Origin: Octopus vulgaris
Lineage: Eukaryota
DNA length: 124,000 nucleotides
Reading direction: 5' to 3'
Assembly (NCBI GenBank): GCA_951406725.2
Contig: OX597818.1
Coordinates: 27,920,001-28,044,000 of the forward strand
The notes beneath the pieces are model-generated. The model saw only the letters and a program-made list of their open reading frames with translations. It was not told where the DNA came from and did no database searches. Made by a program: the position numbers and the translations under genes. This document shows positions 26,579 to 40,336 of this stretch, piece after piece. Position 1 is the stretch's first letter, and every line of letters begins with the position of its first letter.

Positions 26579-27544
26579 GTTGGTATGTTTTACACATTAT
26601 AAAGGTTTGTTAATTAGGGATATATATTCTTAAAACTCTCCTGCCTGACCAGGCATGGTTAAACAGATGTTGAAAGTTGTGTATGTATGTGTGTCTGTGT
26701 TGTGTGACTCAATACATACATACATACATACATACATACATACATACATACATACATACATACATACATACATACATACATACATACATGCATGCATGCA
26801 TGCATGCATACATATTAAAAATTGTTCAGCATATCCCAAAACACCCTTCTTTCCACCAGCCTGTTCATCAGTCACAATGTTGTTTGATTCACAATGGTCC
26901 TGATTGAGGCAACATGTGTACAGTTTGTACATAATATTTAGGCAAGCAATGAGCCTGTAGCTTTCTGCCATCTCGGTGATTTCCTTTTTGGCCACAAGAT
27001 TTGTCCTTGTAGCAAGCAAATGTGGTATATCAGTCTGAACTTCCATAGTCCTTCTGAACATACATATCAATAGGTTTCTATAAAATGACAGCTTCTTGTA
27101 TCCATATTCGACTATTAGGTCCCTTCTAGGTGCCTTCCCATTCTGCAGTTTGCCTACTGCTATTGCAAAGGTTTCTGCATCAATTTTGTGTGCTTTACTG
27201 TAAGTGTTGGTACAGTATTCTCTCTCAGTTGTATTTAACCATGTTGAAATTCCTCTTTTCATTCCAAATTTTTGACCAGAATGATTGTAGATCTTGGGAG
27301 GGAGCTATATATATATATATATATATATATATAAGATATGAAATATAAGCCATGCTGTGTAGCCACCCTACTCTTTCTTCCTAGTAAATCTACATGCCCT
27401 TCTTGCATACTTGCATACCCCCTTTACCTCTCCTCATTGTTGGCCCTTAATTTGGATGTTGTATGGGATTAAGGAAATTGTAATTCATTGAATAAACTAT
27501 ATACCAAAGTTCTGTGCAAGCTGACATGTGCTTGTGCAGATCTT

Positions 27545-30500
27545 CTTTTCAGGTGTTGACAAAGGTCCTACAACGACTGCTTTCCAACTATCACTCCTGA
27601 ATACACAATTTTATGACCACTACCATCAACATTGGTGCAATGAAAGGAAGGTCTGGTGAGATTATTGAAATGCTGGAGCATCACCATGTCGATGTGGTAG
27701 TGTGCAAGAAGTAAGATGGAGAGGAGCCTCTACTAGATTTCTCATGGGTAAGAAACAGAGGTTCAAATTCTTCTGGGTAGGCAGGAGTGATGGAGTGGGT
27801 AGTGTTGGCACACTTTTAGCAGAAAATTAAGTAGAAAAGGTAATTGAATTAGTCAGAATATGTGATAGGGTTATTGAGCTGAGACTTATCATAGATAAAT
27901 TAACAGTTACATTTATCTCTGTATATGTTCCACTGTCTGAGCTGGTTGATGACCAGAAGGACCAATTTTACGAGGTTCTTCTGCAGACTACCTCAGTGAC
28001 AAATGACAGTGACTTAGTTATTGTAGCTGGTGACAACAGTTAAGGTGCATGGCTCAGTGGTTAGAGCATCGAGCTTATGATCGTGAGGTTGTGAGTTGGA
28101 CCGGGCTACGTATTGTGTTCTTGAGCAAGACACTTTATTTCACGTTGCTCCAGTTCACTCAGCTGTAGAAATGAGTTGCGACATCACAGGTGCCAAGCTG
28201 TATCGGCCCTTGCCTTTCCCTTGGATAACATTGGTGGTGTGGAGAGGGGAGGCTGGTATGCATGGGTGACTGCTGGTCTTCCATAAACAACCTTGCCCGG
28301 ACTTGTAACTGGGAGGGTAGTCATGACTGAAGGGGGTCTCAACGACTACAATGAACATACTGGGCAGCATGGTGCACATGGTGGTTATAGCTTTGGTTCT
28401 AGGAATGAGGAGGGAACAAGGCTGCTGGAGTTCCGTGATGCAAATAATCTCATGATCTGCAACACTAGCTCAGAAAATCAGACTGCTACCTAATCACTTA
28501 TCAGTCTGATGGGCACATAAGCCAGATTGATTACCCCCTCACTAGACAACAAAATAGACAGATACTTGCAAATGCAAAGTGTTTCCTTGGTGGAGAGTGT
28601 ACAACCCAATATAGGTTACTAGTAAGTGACTTCAGAATTAGAGCTCGAATGACTCTGAGAAATAAACCATTTTGGAAAAGAAGATTATGGAAGCTCAAAG
28701 ACCCAGCAAACTGACAGAAATTTAGAGATAGTCTAATGGAAGCTTTTGACAAAAGAGAGGTAAGTTGGGAACATATAGCTTAGTGAACAATTGGAAGTTC
28801 TTGCAGGACAAACTACCAAAGTCTGCTGGCCAATTCTGTGGTTGGTGTAAAGTTCCATCTAGGCTTATGGTGATATGATGGTGAGTCAAAAAGGTAGGCA
28901 GTCCGATCAAAGCAAAGAGACTGTCCTGGAAAGACTGGAAAAATAGTGGAAGCAAAGAATTATATCAGGAAGCAAGAAGGGAAGCTAGGTGACAGGTTTA
29001 AATAGCAAAAGGAATAGCAGAAGGTAAGAAGTTTACCAATGTTTTACAGCATAAGGATCAGAGGCGTGAGGTGTTCAGGATTGCAAAGCAGTGTATCAGA
29101 GAGAATAGAGATGTGGTGAGTGAGAAATGTGTGTGAATGGATAATGGTACATTTGCTCTTAGTAACTCAGAGAAGAAAGATGCATGGAAATGCCACTATG
29201 AAAGGTTACTAAATGTGGAAAATGCATGGGAGGAGAGACTTTCAAATGTTGAATCAACTGAGAGACCAGCATTAGTATTGATACCAGTATAATAGATAAG
29301 GCAATTAAGAATATGAAGACAGGGAAAGCCATCAGAAATCACTGCCGAGATAATTAAAATATCTAGCAGTGTAGGATATGGCCTAGCCAACCATATAGTT
29401 AATCAGATTATTCAGGAAAGCATCATCCCCAATGACTGATGTAGTAGTATTATAGTTAGCTCATACAAGGATAAAGGTGATGTCTTAGAAAGAAACAACT
29501 ACAGAGGTATCAAACTGCTGGACCAGATCATAAAACTTACAGAAAGTTTTATAGCTCAGTTGATTAGGAATAGAATTATATTAAATGAGATTTAATTTAG
29601 TTTTGTATCTAGGAAGAGTACCACAGATGCCATTTTCCTAGTGAGGCAGCTGCAGGAAAGTATTTGGTTAAAGTAAGCCATTGTACTTGGCTTTTGTTGA
29701 CCTGGAGAAAACTTTTGACAGAGTTTCCCACTCTCTCATCTGGTGGTCTCTAAGAAAGTTAGGAGTAGATGAGTTAATTGTTAGAGCTTTACAAGCCATA
29801 TACGGTGGTGTTGTCAGTAAGGTGAGAGTTGGCCATAAATACAGTGATGAGCTTAGTGTACAAGTAGGGGTTCATAAGAGTTCAGTTCTCAGTCCATTCT
29901 TATTCATCATAGTCCTCCAGATCATAACAGAGGAATTCAAAACTGGATGCTATTGACCTTGCTCTTATTGCAGATTCTGTAGCAGAATTGGAGAAGAAAT
30001 TCCCGGTATGGAAATAAAACTTAGAATAAAAGGGTCTTAAAGTTAATCTAGCAAAAATCAAAGTCGTTGTCAGCAAGAAAGCAGATAAGACTTTCTTTCC
30101 ATCAGGTAAATGGCCCAGTTCAGTATGTAGGAAAGGAGTTGGAAGTTATTCCATTTGCTGCATATAGCTTATGGATACATAAGAGGTGCAGTGGAATCAC
30201 AGGCAGGTTAACAGATAAAGTTGTCTCAAATGCCCAGGATGCTTTCTCGCTTGAGGTTGTAGATAGTTTTTGTTACCTAGGTGACCAAATTAGTAATGGC
30301 AGAGGATGTTCTGAAAGTATTGTTTAGAATAAGAATAAGGCGGAGAAAGTTCAGAGAGCTATTACCTCTGTTGGCAACAAAAAGACTCTATTTCAGAGTG
30401 AAAGGTAGATTGTATGATGCTTGTGTGCAAACAGCTATACTTCATAGTAGTGAGACATGGGCTCTGAACGCAGAAGAGATGCATAGACTAGAGAGGAATG

Positions 30501-30830
30501 AAAGCAGTATGCTGTGTTAGATATGCAACATCAGTGTCTATGTACAATAAAGCGCAAATGTGCTGAGAGAAAAGTTGTGAATTAGAGAAGTCAGATGCAA
30601 TATGCAAGAGAGAAGGCAACGTTGGTTTGGACATGTGGTGCATATCAATGATGACAGCTGTATAAAGAAGTACTGATCACTGAAAGTAGATGGCACCCAT
30701 AGAAGAGGGAGACCCAGGGAGACATGGGATGAGGTGGTAAGGACCAATCTCAGGATGCTGAGCTTCACAGAGGAAATGACAATGGCCTGAGATGTCTGGC
30801 AATATGAGGTTCTTGAGAAGATACCACCCA
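27545..30830 (+). mobile_element. RTE LINE, degraded, with a SINE inserted at about 28042-28315
   Basis: APE and RT remnants (YLAFVDLEKTFDRV, VVDSFCYLGDQIS) with many stops. Confidence 0.88.
28042..28315 (+). mobile_element. tRNA-derived SINE family 3
   Basis: tggctcagtggttagagc head, ttgagcaagacactt body; partial copy at about 45820. Confidence 0.7.
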
Positions 30831-32228
30831 CTTCAGCAAAACCGAGTCCTAGAAGTGCTGTGTGTTCTACCTACATGTAACAATAAAGCTTTTCACACAC
30901 CCTACCTCAACTACACCTTTTCTCTTCCTCACATTTCTTCTTTCCATGCACTATGCTAATCTCTCACTCTCCAATTCTGTCATCACTTCTCTGCTCACTG
31001 TATCATTGCTATTCTGCAGTCCCCCCCCTCTTTATTTACCCAAGTTTCCCCAGTAACTGTCTTCCCTACCCCATACTCTTTACATTTTTGTGAAGACTAG
31101 TCCCTACTCACACTCCTTTGACAATATCCTACTCTTTTTTATGATTTTCAGTCATGAAAATCTGTCATCACACTCACACATTTTTTTTTTTTGTGTGTAT
31201 GTATGTTTATATTATAATGGAAAAAACTGCTTTAAAAGTACTAAAAGAAAGCAATTATTAAAGGGTTTACCATCTGGAAATATCTTTATAAATCCATGTT
31301 CTAAGAAATTTCCTATAATTTCAATTACTCAAGTTTCTTGAATTTTTTAAAATTCCAATTTCTCGCAGATTTAAATATTCATTGCATTCACTGTGTCCAA
31401 TTCATGAATTTAAATATTCATTGCATTCACTGTGGAGTATTCCTTTCTCATTTGCAAGGTCTCTCACTTTCTCTTTTAAGTTTTCATTTCCTATTTGGAA
31501 AACCAACAGTTTATTCTGTTAATGTATATGTAATTTATTATTTATTGAATGAAACATTTTTAGATACCCGTTTAATCTTTGAATACAGGATAGCTGTAAG
31601 AAGAGCCTAGAAAGTTGGGTAGTTTCTATTAGAAGATGAAGAGAAAAAAATATACATACATATATAACAATGAATGAGTCATTTTATATGGAATATTTAA
31701 TTTCTCCATCTTACATATATTTGATTAACAAAAGGTGATATTTTGTTATCTAATGAAAACACACACTTAAAATCTTCAAAGATGTGTAAACTTTATGTGT
31801 AATGTTTCTGGATTGTTGAATTAAATATTATTGGGGAGATAACACTTAACTGTGTTCAATTGGGGAAGCAGTTTATATTCAGTATTTGATGAGAGAAAGC
31901 TACAGAAAAAAAACCACCCAGAAAAGGAGATGGACTGGAGATTAAATATTGCCAGAGAGAGAAATAAAACACTTTTTGATTAACAATTTTATTGTTTTTT
32001 ATCAGTTGTCTTTCTTCCTTGCCAGTTAATGTTAGTGGGAAGAGGTACAAACACACACAAAATAAAACTAATGACTAATATATATTGTGTATACATCTAC
32101 ATACACCCAAACATATGCATCAGTATGCGCATATACCTCCAAATATACATACATATATCCATACACACATATACTCTACTGGGGCAACCACTACACACAG
32201 ATATAGGTGTCTTGCAGTAGAGAAAGTA

Positions 32229-32443
32229 TTGGGTTGTCCAGAAAGTTCATGCTGATTTATAGTAGCTTACCTTTTGACTTACCCTCCCAGGCACCTCAAT
32301 TTTGGGAAGAGGGTATTTTCAAGTTAAAGGAAAGATGGTGCAACAAAATGGTTCATATTTAGTTGATTAAAAATGTAATGGCAAGTGTTTATTGACCTTT
32401 TTCTTTCCTTTAAAAATTGGAACGAACTTTCCAGACAACCCAA
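32229..32443. mobile_element. Mariner-type MITE
   Basis: 20-nt TIR TTGGGTTGTC(CA/TG)GAAAGTTC with TA duplicated on both sides. Confidence 0.85.
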
Positions 32444-32818
32444 TACTTTGGTTCCTTCAGTTGAAGAGAGAGAGAGAGAGATAGAAAGAGAAGAGAGAGA
32501 GTGGAGAGAAGAAATGTTGGTGTGATGGTGCGAGGTGCATTCAAGTGACATAGAACCAAAAGAGTGGATGGGTAAGTTTGTGAGACTGCAAAAGAAGAGT
32601 GGGAGATGAATGGGAAGAACTGTATCTCATGTGGGTGTTAAGAGAGATTGGAAAAGCTGTTTCTAAATCTCACCATTATGGAAAACTGGAGATAAAATTT
32701 CTTCTGATAAAATTATGCCATAACTAATGATAGTTATGTTTGAAATAGAAAATTGTTACTCTTTCTAGAAGTGTTTGATATTGACAATTTTTATACAAAT
32801 CATGTTTACTTTTTTCAG

Positions 32819-32837
32819 GTGTGAAACACAATAAAAA
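32819..32837 (+). CDS. Receptor juxtamembrane micro-exon (19 nt; GVKHNK)
   Basis: Strong ttttttcag acceptor and gtaagt donor; open only in the phase-1 reading that follows the TM exon; ends at phase 2. Confidence 0.65.
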
Positions 32838-33777
32838 GTAAGTACATAACATTTTTATCTGTTGTTTATTTGAAAAGTTGAGAGAAAATTTCTTTCAAAA
32901 GATTAAACTTTTATCTTTCATCAATCAGTAGGTTTACCTCGTAATATACCTGCCAATGCTTTGGCAATTTACAGAAAGGTTACAGTTTAGTTGAGGTTAA
33001 AATGCATTTGAAATCTTCTTCTGTACATATTGCTGAAAATGATATTAGCTATCAACTAATAATGTTTTTCTTTTACTGCTTTTCTAAATATACTTATGCA
33101 TTTCGATGTTTTGATAATTAGATATGCTTTTAATTACATATTTATGTAATTATCACTTGGGTGGCATTTGGTTTGAATTTAATCAGTCAGTATATTATCT
33201 TGTGTGTCTAGAAACATATTAGAAAAGCTCTTATTTGCATTGAAATTTTCTTTGTTTCTTTAATATAGCTTCTATTTGAAAAACTTCATTGTTTCTTTCT
33301 ATAAGTAGTGGAACAAGGAAAGCATATTAGAAAAGAGAGTAGGCAGGTCTCTTTTGAAAGATGTAACGTACAGTTACAGAAGTGTATGCTCTCATAATTA
33401 ATGACTATTTAGATGAAAAAGTGAAAAGTTCTGTTGCAGTTCTGATGTGCATCAAGGTTGACAACTAGAGGGAAACTGTGTTTGCACATTAAATAAGGCA
33501 TCAGAAATAAAGGATTTGGTGATAGATGAATAAAAGAGATGAGTCCAGGACTACAGAAATGTTGAGGTGGAAATGGATGGTAACCATGTTAAAGTGTAGT
33601 ACAAAGTTAATCTCATCACTTACAGAAATAATTGGGCCCCAAGAAAAATATTTTAAATGCTGATCAAATCCCTTTTTAAAAATTGAGACTAAGATTTCAC
33701 TTAGAAGTCATTTAAGCAGAAGATATCAACAAGGAAGAGGGGGAAAATATTCTTGTCAGAATAAAATAATGAATTCA

Positions 33778-36700
33778 TCATTATCGTTTAACGTCCGTTT
33801 TCCGTGGTAGCACAGGTTGGACGGTTTGACCGGGGTCTGGGAAGCCAAGGACTGCACCAGGCTCCAGTCTGATCTGGCGGTGTTTCTACAGCTGGATGCC
33901 CTTCCTAACGCCAACCACTCTGCGAGTGTAGTGAGTGCTTTTTAAGTGCCACCGGCACAGGTGCCAGGGGAGTCTGGCATCGGCCATGATTGGTTGGTGC
34001 TTTTAACGTGCCACCGGCACAAGAACCAGCCAGTCGAGGTGGCGCTGGTATCGGCCACGTTCGGATGGTGCTTTTTACGTGCCACTGGCACAGAAGCCAG
34101 ACGAGGCAAGGCTGGCATTGGCCACGTTCAGATGGTGCTTTTTATGTGCCACCGGCACAGGTATCACAACTACTATTTCCATTGATATTTATTTCGATGC
34201 TCATGTACTTGACTCAATCGGTCTCCTCAAGCACAGTGGGATGTTCTGAAATCCAAGGTACTTTGAATGGGCAGGGGCTATGCGGGACTGGTGCAGGAAG
34301 CAGCCTGGGTCTTTGCAGTCACAGCATATCTCCAGAGATCTCGGTCCTTCGTCATTGCCTCTGTGAGGCCCAACGCTCTGAGGTCATGCTTGACTACCTC
34401 ATCCCATGTCTTCCTGTGTCTACCTCTCCCCCTGATACCTTCAACTGTTTGGGAGTAGCACTTCTTCACACATCTCTCCTCATCCATCCGCAGTACATGA
34501 CCATACCATCGCAAGCGTCGCTCTTGCACACTACATCTGATGCTTCTTATGTCCAGCATTTCTCTCAGGGTACTTACCCTCTGTCGTGCATGCACACTGA
34601 CATTACACATCCAGCGGATCATGCTAGCTTCATTTCTTTCAAGTCTACGCATGTCCTCTGCAGTTACCACCCATGTTTCACTACCGTGAAGCATGGCACT
34701 TCACACACATGCCTCATACAATCTACCTTTCACTCTGAGCGAGAGACCCTTTGTCACCAGTAGGGGTAGGAACTTTCTAAACTTTGCCCAGGCTATTCGT
34801 ATTCTAGTGGTGACACTCTCTGAGCATCCACCTCCACTACTAACTTGGTCACCCAGGTAGCAGAAACTATCAACTACTTTTAGTTTCTCCCCCTGGAGTG
34901 TGATGGGATCTGTTTTCTGAGTATCTGTGGTGTCTATTGTCCCTGTGTATCTGCCGCAAATGAAAGCTATCTTATCAGTTAATTTCCCTTTGACGTTGCT
35001 GCATCTCTTATGCGTCCATAGCTTACACTGGGTACATCTTATGGAGTTTCTACCTACACCTTTCCTACAGATCGAGCAGGGCCACCTGCTCGAAGGTGTG
35101 TGTGCTGAGTTTGCCTTTCTGCTTACTATAACTTTGGCCTTTGCTATATTGACTGTAAGGCCCTTTGATTCTAACCCTTGCTTCCACACCCGAAATTTCT
35201 TTTCTAGTTCTGGTAGTGATTCTACTATGAGAGCCAGGTCATCAGCATAGGGGCAACCTGTTTTGAGTTCCTCTGTTATTGCCTGGAGGACTATGATGAA
35301 TAAAAGGGGACTGAGGGCTGAGACTTGGTGTACACCTACTTCTACCCGGAATTCTTCACTATATTGCCAATTCTAACCTTGCTGACAGCCTCTCTGTATA
35401 GGGCCTGTACAGTCTTTATTAGCCATTCGTCAATCTCCCGTTTCTGCATCGACCACCAGATAAGGGATCGGGGGACCCTGTCAAAGGCTTTCTCCAAGTC
35501 CACAAAAGCTATGTAGAGGGGTTTATCTTTAGCTAGGTACTTCTCCTGCAGTTGTCGGACCAGGAATATAGCATCAGTGGTGCTTCTACCCGGCACAAAA
35601 CCAAACTGCATCTCATCTAAGCAAATTCTCTCCCTAATGAGATGGGTTATGACCCTCTCTAAGACCTTCATCACCTGACCCAACAGTTTAATACCCCGGT
35701 AGTTATTTCTATCTTGAGCATCACCCTTACCCTTGTAGCAGTTGACTATGGTGCTGCTATGCCAGTCATTGGGTATGACTCCATTATGAACTACCTGATT
35801 TACAATGCGGGTGCCTAGGCCATAGACAACATAACCAGCTGTTTTAAGCATCTCAGCAGTGCTTCTTGAAGGGCCGGGGGCTTTACCTGGTTTCATACCG
35901 TTAATTGCCTTAACTACAAGGGAGCTCTCTATTCAGATAGCTGGTCCCTCTACTGGGTCAACATTTGGCAGGCTCTCCTCCTCCCATTCATTCTCCACAT
36001 TCAGCAGTCTTTCATAATGGCTTCTCCAAGCCTCTTTCTTTTCACCATCATTAAAAGCAAGTGCCCCATCATCCATGAGGACACATTTCTCTCCTGTAAC
36101 ATCACTATTTTCTCTCACACACTGTTTAGCAATCCGAAATACCTCAGTTCTTTGGTCCTCACGTCGCTGGACATTGGCAAACTTCTTCTTTTCTGCTACA
36201 TCTTTGGCTATGTATACCTGCCACCCAGCCTCCTTTTTGGCTGCCTGGTACAGTTCTCTGCTACCCCCATCCCACCAGGCTTTCCAGGCCTGTTTCTTTG
36301 CACTAATGACTTTGTCTTCTACACTATTCCACCACCACGTAACTCTAGGTCTGGAAGGGACTTTGCACCATCCACAGACTTGGTCTGTGGCACTCAGCAA
36401 GCTGTCCCATAGGAATTTCCAGCTACCTTCTATGTCCGACGTCTGTAGCTCCTCCTCCCTCTCATCAAATTTCTTGATGAGGATGTCCCTAAATCTCTGA
36501 CCATGTGAAGGGTTCTTTAGTTTCCAAATCCCTCTTTTCTGGATTGGTCTGTTTCTTGAAATCCTTCTGGCCTCAAGCCTAAAGTCACTAATAATTAGCC
36601 GATGCTGAGGGGTACATCCTTCACCCGGGAGGGTCTTTGTATTTAAGAGCAACCCTGCATCCCGCTGTCTGGTGAGGATGAAGTCTATTTGGCTAGCGGA

Positions 36701-37400
36701 GTCTCCTGACTGATAGGTTCTAAGGTGGCAGTCAGGCTTCCTGAAGTTAGTGTTGCAGATTAAAAGGTTACATGCATCACAGAATTCCAGTAGTCTAGTT
36801 CCCTCATCATTTCTGGTGCCACTACCATGGCCACCATGTACCCCAGTGAAGATACCTGATTCCCGCCTAACATGCCCATTAAAATCTCCACCCACAAAGA
36901 TGAGGTCCTTGCCACTCGTCTTTGAGGTAGCCTGTAGAAGGGTATCATAAAAGTGGTCCTTCTGATCATTTGGTAGCCCCGCATGTGGGGCATAGGTGGA
37001 GATAATCGTAGCTGTGCCACTCTGGAGGACTAACCTGAGCTTAAGCACTCTATCGCAAACCCTGACAACCTCTATGACCTTATCCACCCATTTCTCTGCA
37101 AGGAGAATGCCTACACCCCCTACACCATCCATGTTACCTTGCCAGAAGACTTTATACCTATGTACCTTGCCTGTGAGGACCCTAGCTGAAGCGCCTCTCC
37201 ATCTTACCTCTTGTATGCAGCATACATCATCCCGTCTTCTCTCAAGCATCTCTACAATCTCACTAGACCTACCTTTCAGTGTACCAGCATTGACAGTGCC
37301 AACTCTGAAAACTGGGAAGGTAATGTGGTAGGGAGGGGTGCAATTCAGCGCCTGAAAAGAAGAGGGTTGTTGTGGTGGTGATCGTCATTTTTTAGGCATT
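33778..37400 (-). mobile_element. RTE-clade LINE, near full length (APE endonuclease + RT), frameshifted
   Basis: ORFs 35933-37249 (IQEVRW, GDFNGHV, SQIDFIL), 35342-35896 (KPGKAPGPS, FVDLEKAFDRV), 34701-35189, 34278-34694; YADD at about 35245; 3' UTR with 66-nt units and (GAT)n tail. Confidence 0.93.
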
Positions 37401-38157
37401 TTTCATCTGATCTCTCTTCCGACCTGACAACATTCAAGCATTTAAATAAATAAAATGCAATTTAGCTTAGTTCTAAAGTTGTAAAACATAAAATCTCAAA
37501 CTTTCACAGTACTTGTTAGAGTCTTTGCAAGATAAAGTCTTGTGAAGGAAGTGATGTCTCCACATACATTTACTTGGAAAATATTTTAAATAACATGAAG
37601 TCAACTAAATTTGATTTAATTCATCATGAGTCCAGTCCTATATAAAGAAGTTAACCATGGATTTTATTTCATCATTGAATTCAGAACTAAATTATAGATG
37701 ATCAAGTTCTTTTATGGGCATATGAATCCACAGATTTATCTATGTATATAAAACTGAGAATGTGTGTCTGTCTGAGTATCTGTATGTGTGCATCACTAAA
37801 ACTCAAGAAGTATCCAACCGATTTCGTTCAAATTTTACAAATGCACTGCTTAGGGTTCATGAAGTGTCATGGGCCAAAATAAATTTTCAACTTCTTGTCT
37901 AATATGAGCCAGAAGCAATCTCTTACACTGTTTCAGCATTACATGTCAAACATGAAACAATAACATCTCTATTGTAATGTGAGATAATAGTTTCACTTTA
38001 ACAGTTTCACCATTTATAGCGAAACTATTAAAAGTGAAACTTATTTCACATAACATATATACATGTATACTTGTGTGCATATATATATGTGTATATATAT
38101 CTGTAGGTATATATATAGATGTATATGTATACATATATACGTATAGATGCATATGTA

Positions 38158-38196
<39 letters not shown>

Positions 38197-38849
38197 CTAT
38201 AGATTTATATGTATATATGCATGTATAAATGTATGTATATATATGTGTGTATAAATGTATATGTATAGATATCTATATGTATGTGTGTGTATATGTATGT
38301 CAGGTCACTTTCGAGTGCTACTGGTAACATGTAACCCAGTACAACCTGTTGCATGGTCAGGTCGTCGGCGACTAAACCGGCAACCCCACCAAGCTTGCTT
38401 GGTGAGGAGGGTGTTTATTGGACGCCCTGTGGGATGAATAACAAAACCCGTTAAAGGGCAGAGGAACTCTTGAGAGTCAACGGCCATCCAATAAATGTCT
38501 TAAGGCTGTATCATGTGTGGGGTCAGAAATAATCGGACTAAATACTCGATCGTGCGGTTAAACCATTTGGAGTGAAGGACTCCTAGCCTTTGTTAAGGCA
38601 TCCTTCTAGGAGAATGTAACTCATGTAACAGGGATAACTCCGACATAAAACCTGTGGCTCAGTGGTTACTGATGATGTTGACTTGTTCTTCTTTTCGGAT
38701 TATGGCTGCAGTTGCTTAGTGAGTGGGATTGACTCAGTGCACAGCCTTTCCTCACTTAAAAAAAATCTTCTTGCACAGGCATTGCACGATAAAAACATTG
38801 ATTAAGCTTCGTGCAATGGCCATACTCACTAACGAGGGGGCAGCCACCA

Positions 38850-38901
<52 letters not shown>

Positions 38902-39160
38902 CTAGAAGACAATTATTGTTTTACTTGTTTCGGTATTATAACCCAGTTTCATTCGCATCTATGTGGGCCACATTTTAAAAGATGAAGAATTGCTATGCAA
39001 ACTTGCCGGCACTTTTAACGTAGGTGTGCAAATTTTCAGCTTAATCCAACCACATATGCAGACATTATATATATACATACGCATTAAATATATATGCACA
39101 TATATATGCATTATATATATGCACACACACATATATATATTCAAATATCGATATATACAC

Positions 39161-39193
<33 letters not shown>

Positions 39194-39201
39194 TTATATA
39201 T

Positions 39202-39240
<39 letters not shown>

Positions 39241-39248
<8 letters not shown>

Positions 39249-39446
39249 GAAAGAATGGAGTTGAACGACGATTCAACAAAATTCCTTTATTCTCGACATA
39301 TGTTTCGAAGGCTGCATATTCCTAATTTCGAAGGAATAAGGGGTGCATTATTCCTTCGAAATTAGGAATATGCAGCCTTCGAAACATATGTCGAGAATAA
39401 AGGAATTTTGTTGAATCGTCGTTCAACTCCATTCTTTCATTTATTT
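39241..39446. repeat. Perfect 206-nt palindrome (99-nt arms, 8-nt spacer)
   Basis: 39241-39339 reads by eye as the exact reverse complement of 39348-39446. Confidence 0.92.
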
Positions 39447-39587
39447 GTATTAGAAAAACACACAAATTTCCACACGAAAGTACGTGATCTCTGCCCTTGG
39501 CATGTAGCTTCAACCATGTTTTTCTGACGTGAATTTGCTACCCAGGTATCGGTTAACTGAATTATCCATACTAAGATAATTCATTCA

Positions 39588-39659
<72 letters not shown>

Positions 39660-39898
39660 CACACACACACACATATATAAATTAACATAAATATCTGGTT
39701 AATAATATCTGTTATCATTATTGTGTGGTGGTGTTGGGTGATAATAATTCACCGTTGTAAAAGCCCTGTAGCAGGAATATTTAAACTTCAAGACAGTGAA
39801 ATATATTTCCGACACAATATAATTATTTACTATTTTATTCCTCTCCATTAATCACACTTGCGGCTGTCAACGCCTTCTCTCTATAGATGCAGAAAGAT

Positions 39899-39949
<51 letters not shown>

Positions 39950-40293
39950 CTGGGAGAGAAAAAGCGACAGAAAAACAGTGAATACTGAGAGGGAAAGAGA
40001 GTGAGTAGAAGCTGTCAAAAGATAAAGACGAGGGAAGGGGGAAAGAGAGAGATGGAAGAAGAAAGGGTGATAACTGTAAGAGAGAAACAACAAACACTTG
40101 TCAAAGTCCGTTTAAAGACAATGAATTTTCACTCTTTTTGCCATAGCAACCACATCTTTATAGCTTGCGAATTTTAACCATTGCGGGTCTCATCCTCACC
40201 ACGCATTTAGTATCCCTGCCAATTTTCAGCTCAATCCTAGCCTCGGTTTGCCCGCCAATAACTATCAAAGCAAAATGTGCATATACTTATATT

Positions 40294-40324
<31 letters not shown>

Positions 40325-40336
40325 AAATATCTCCAT

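Noticed and set aside
38290-38830. GC-richer segment as a promoter or ncRNA
   Set aside because: Looks like a retroelement 5' UTR-type repeat fragment between microsatellites; no feature could be supported
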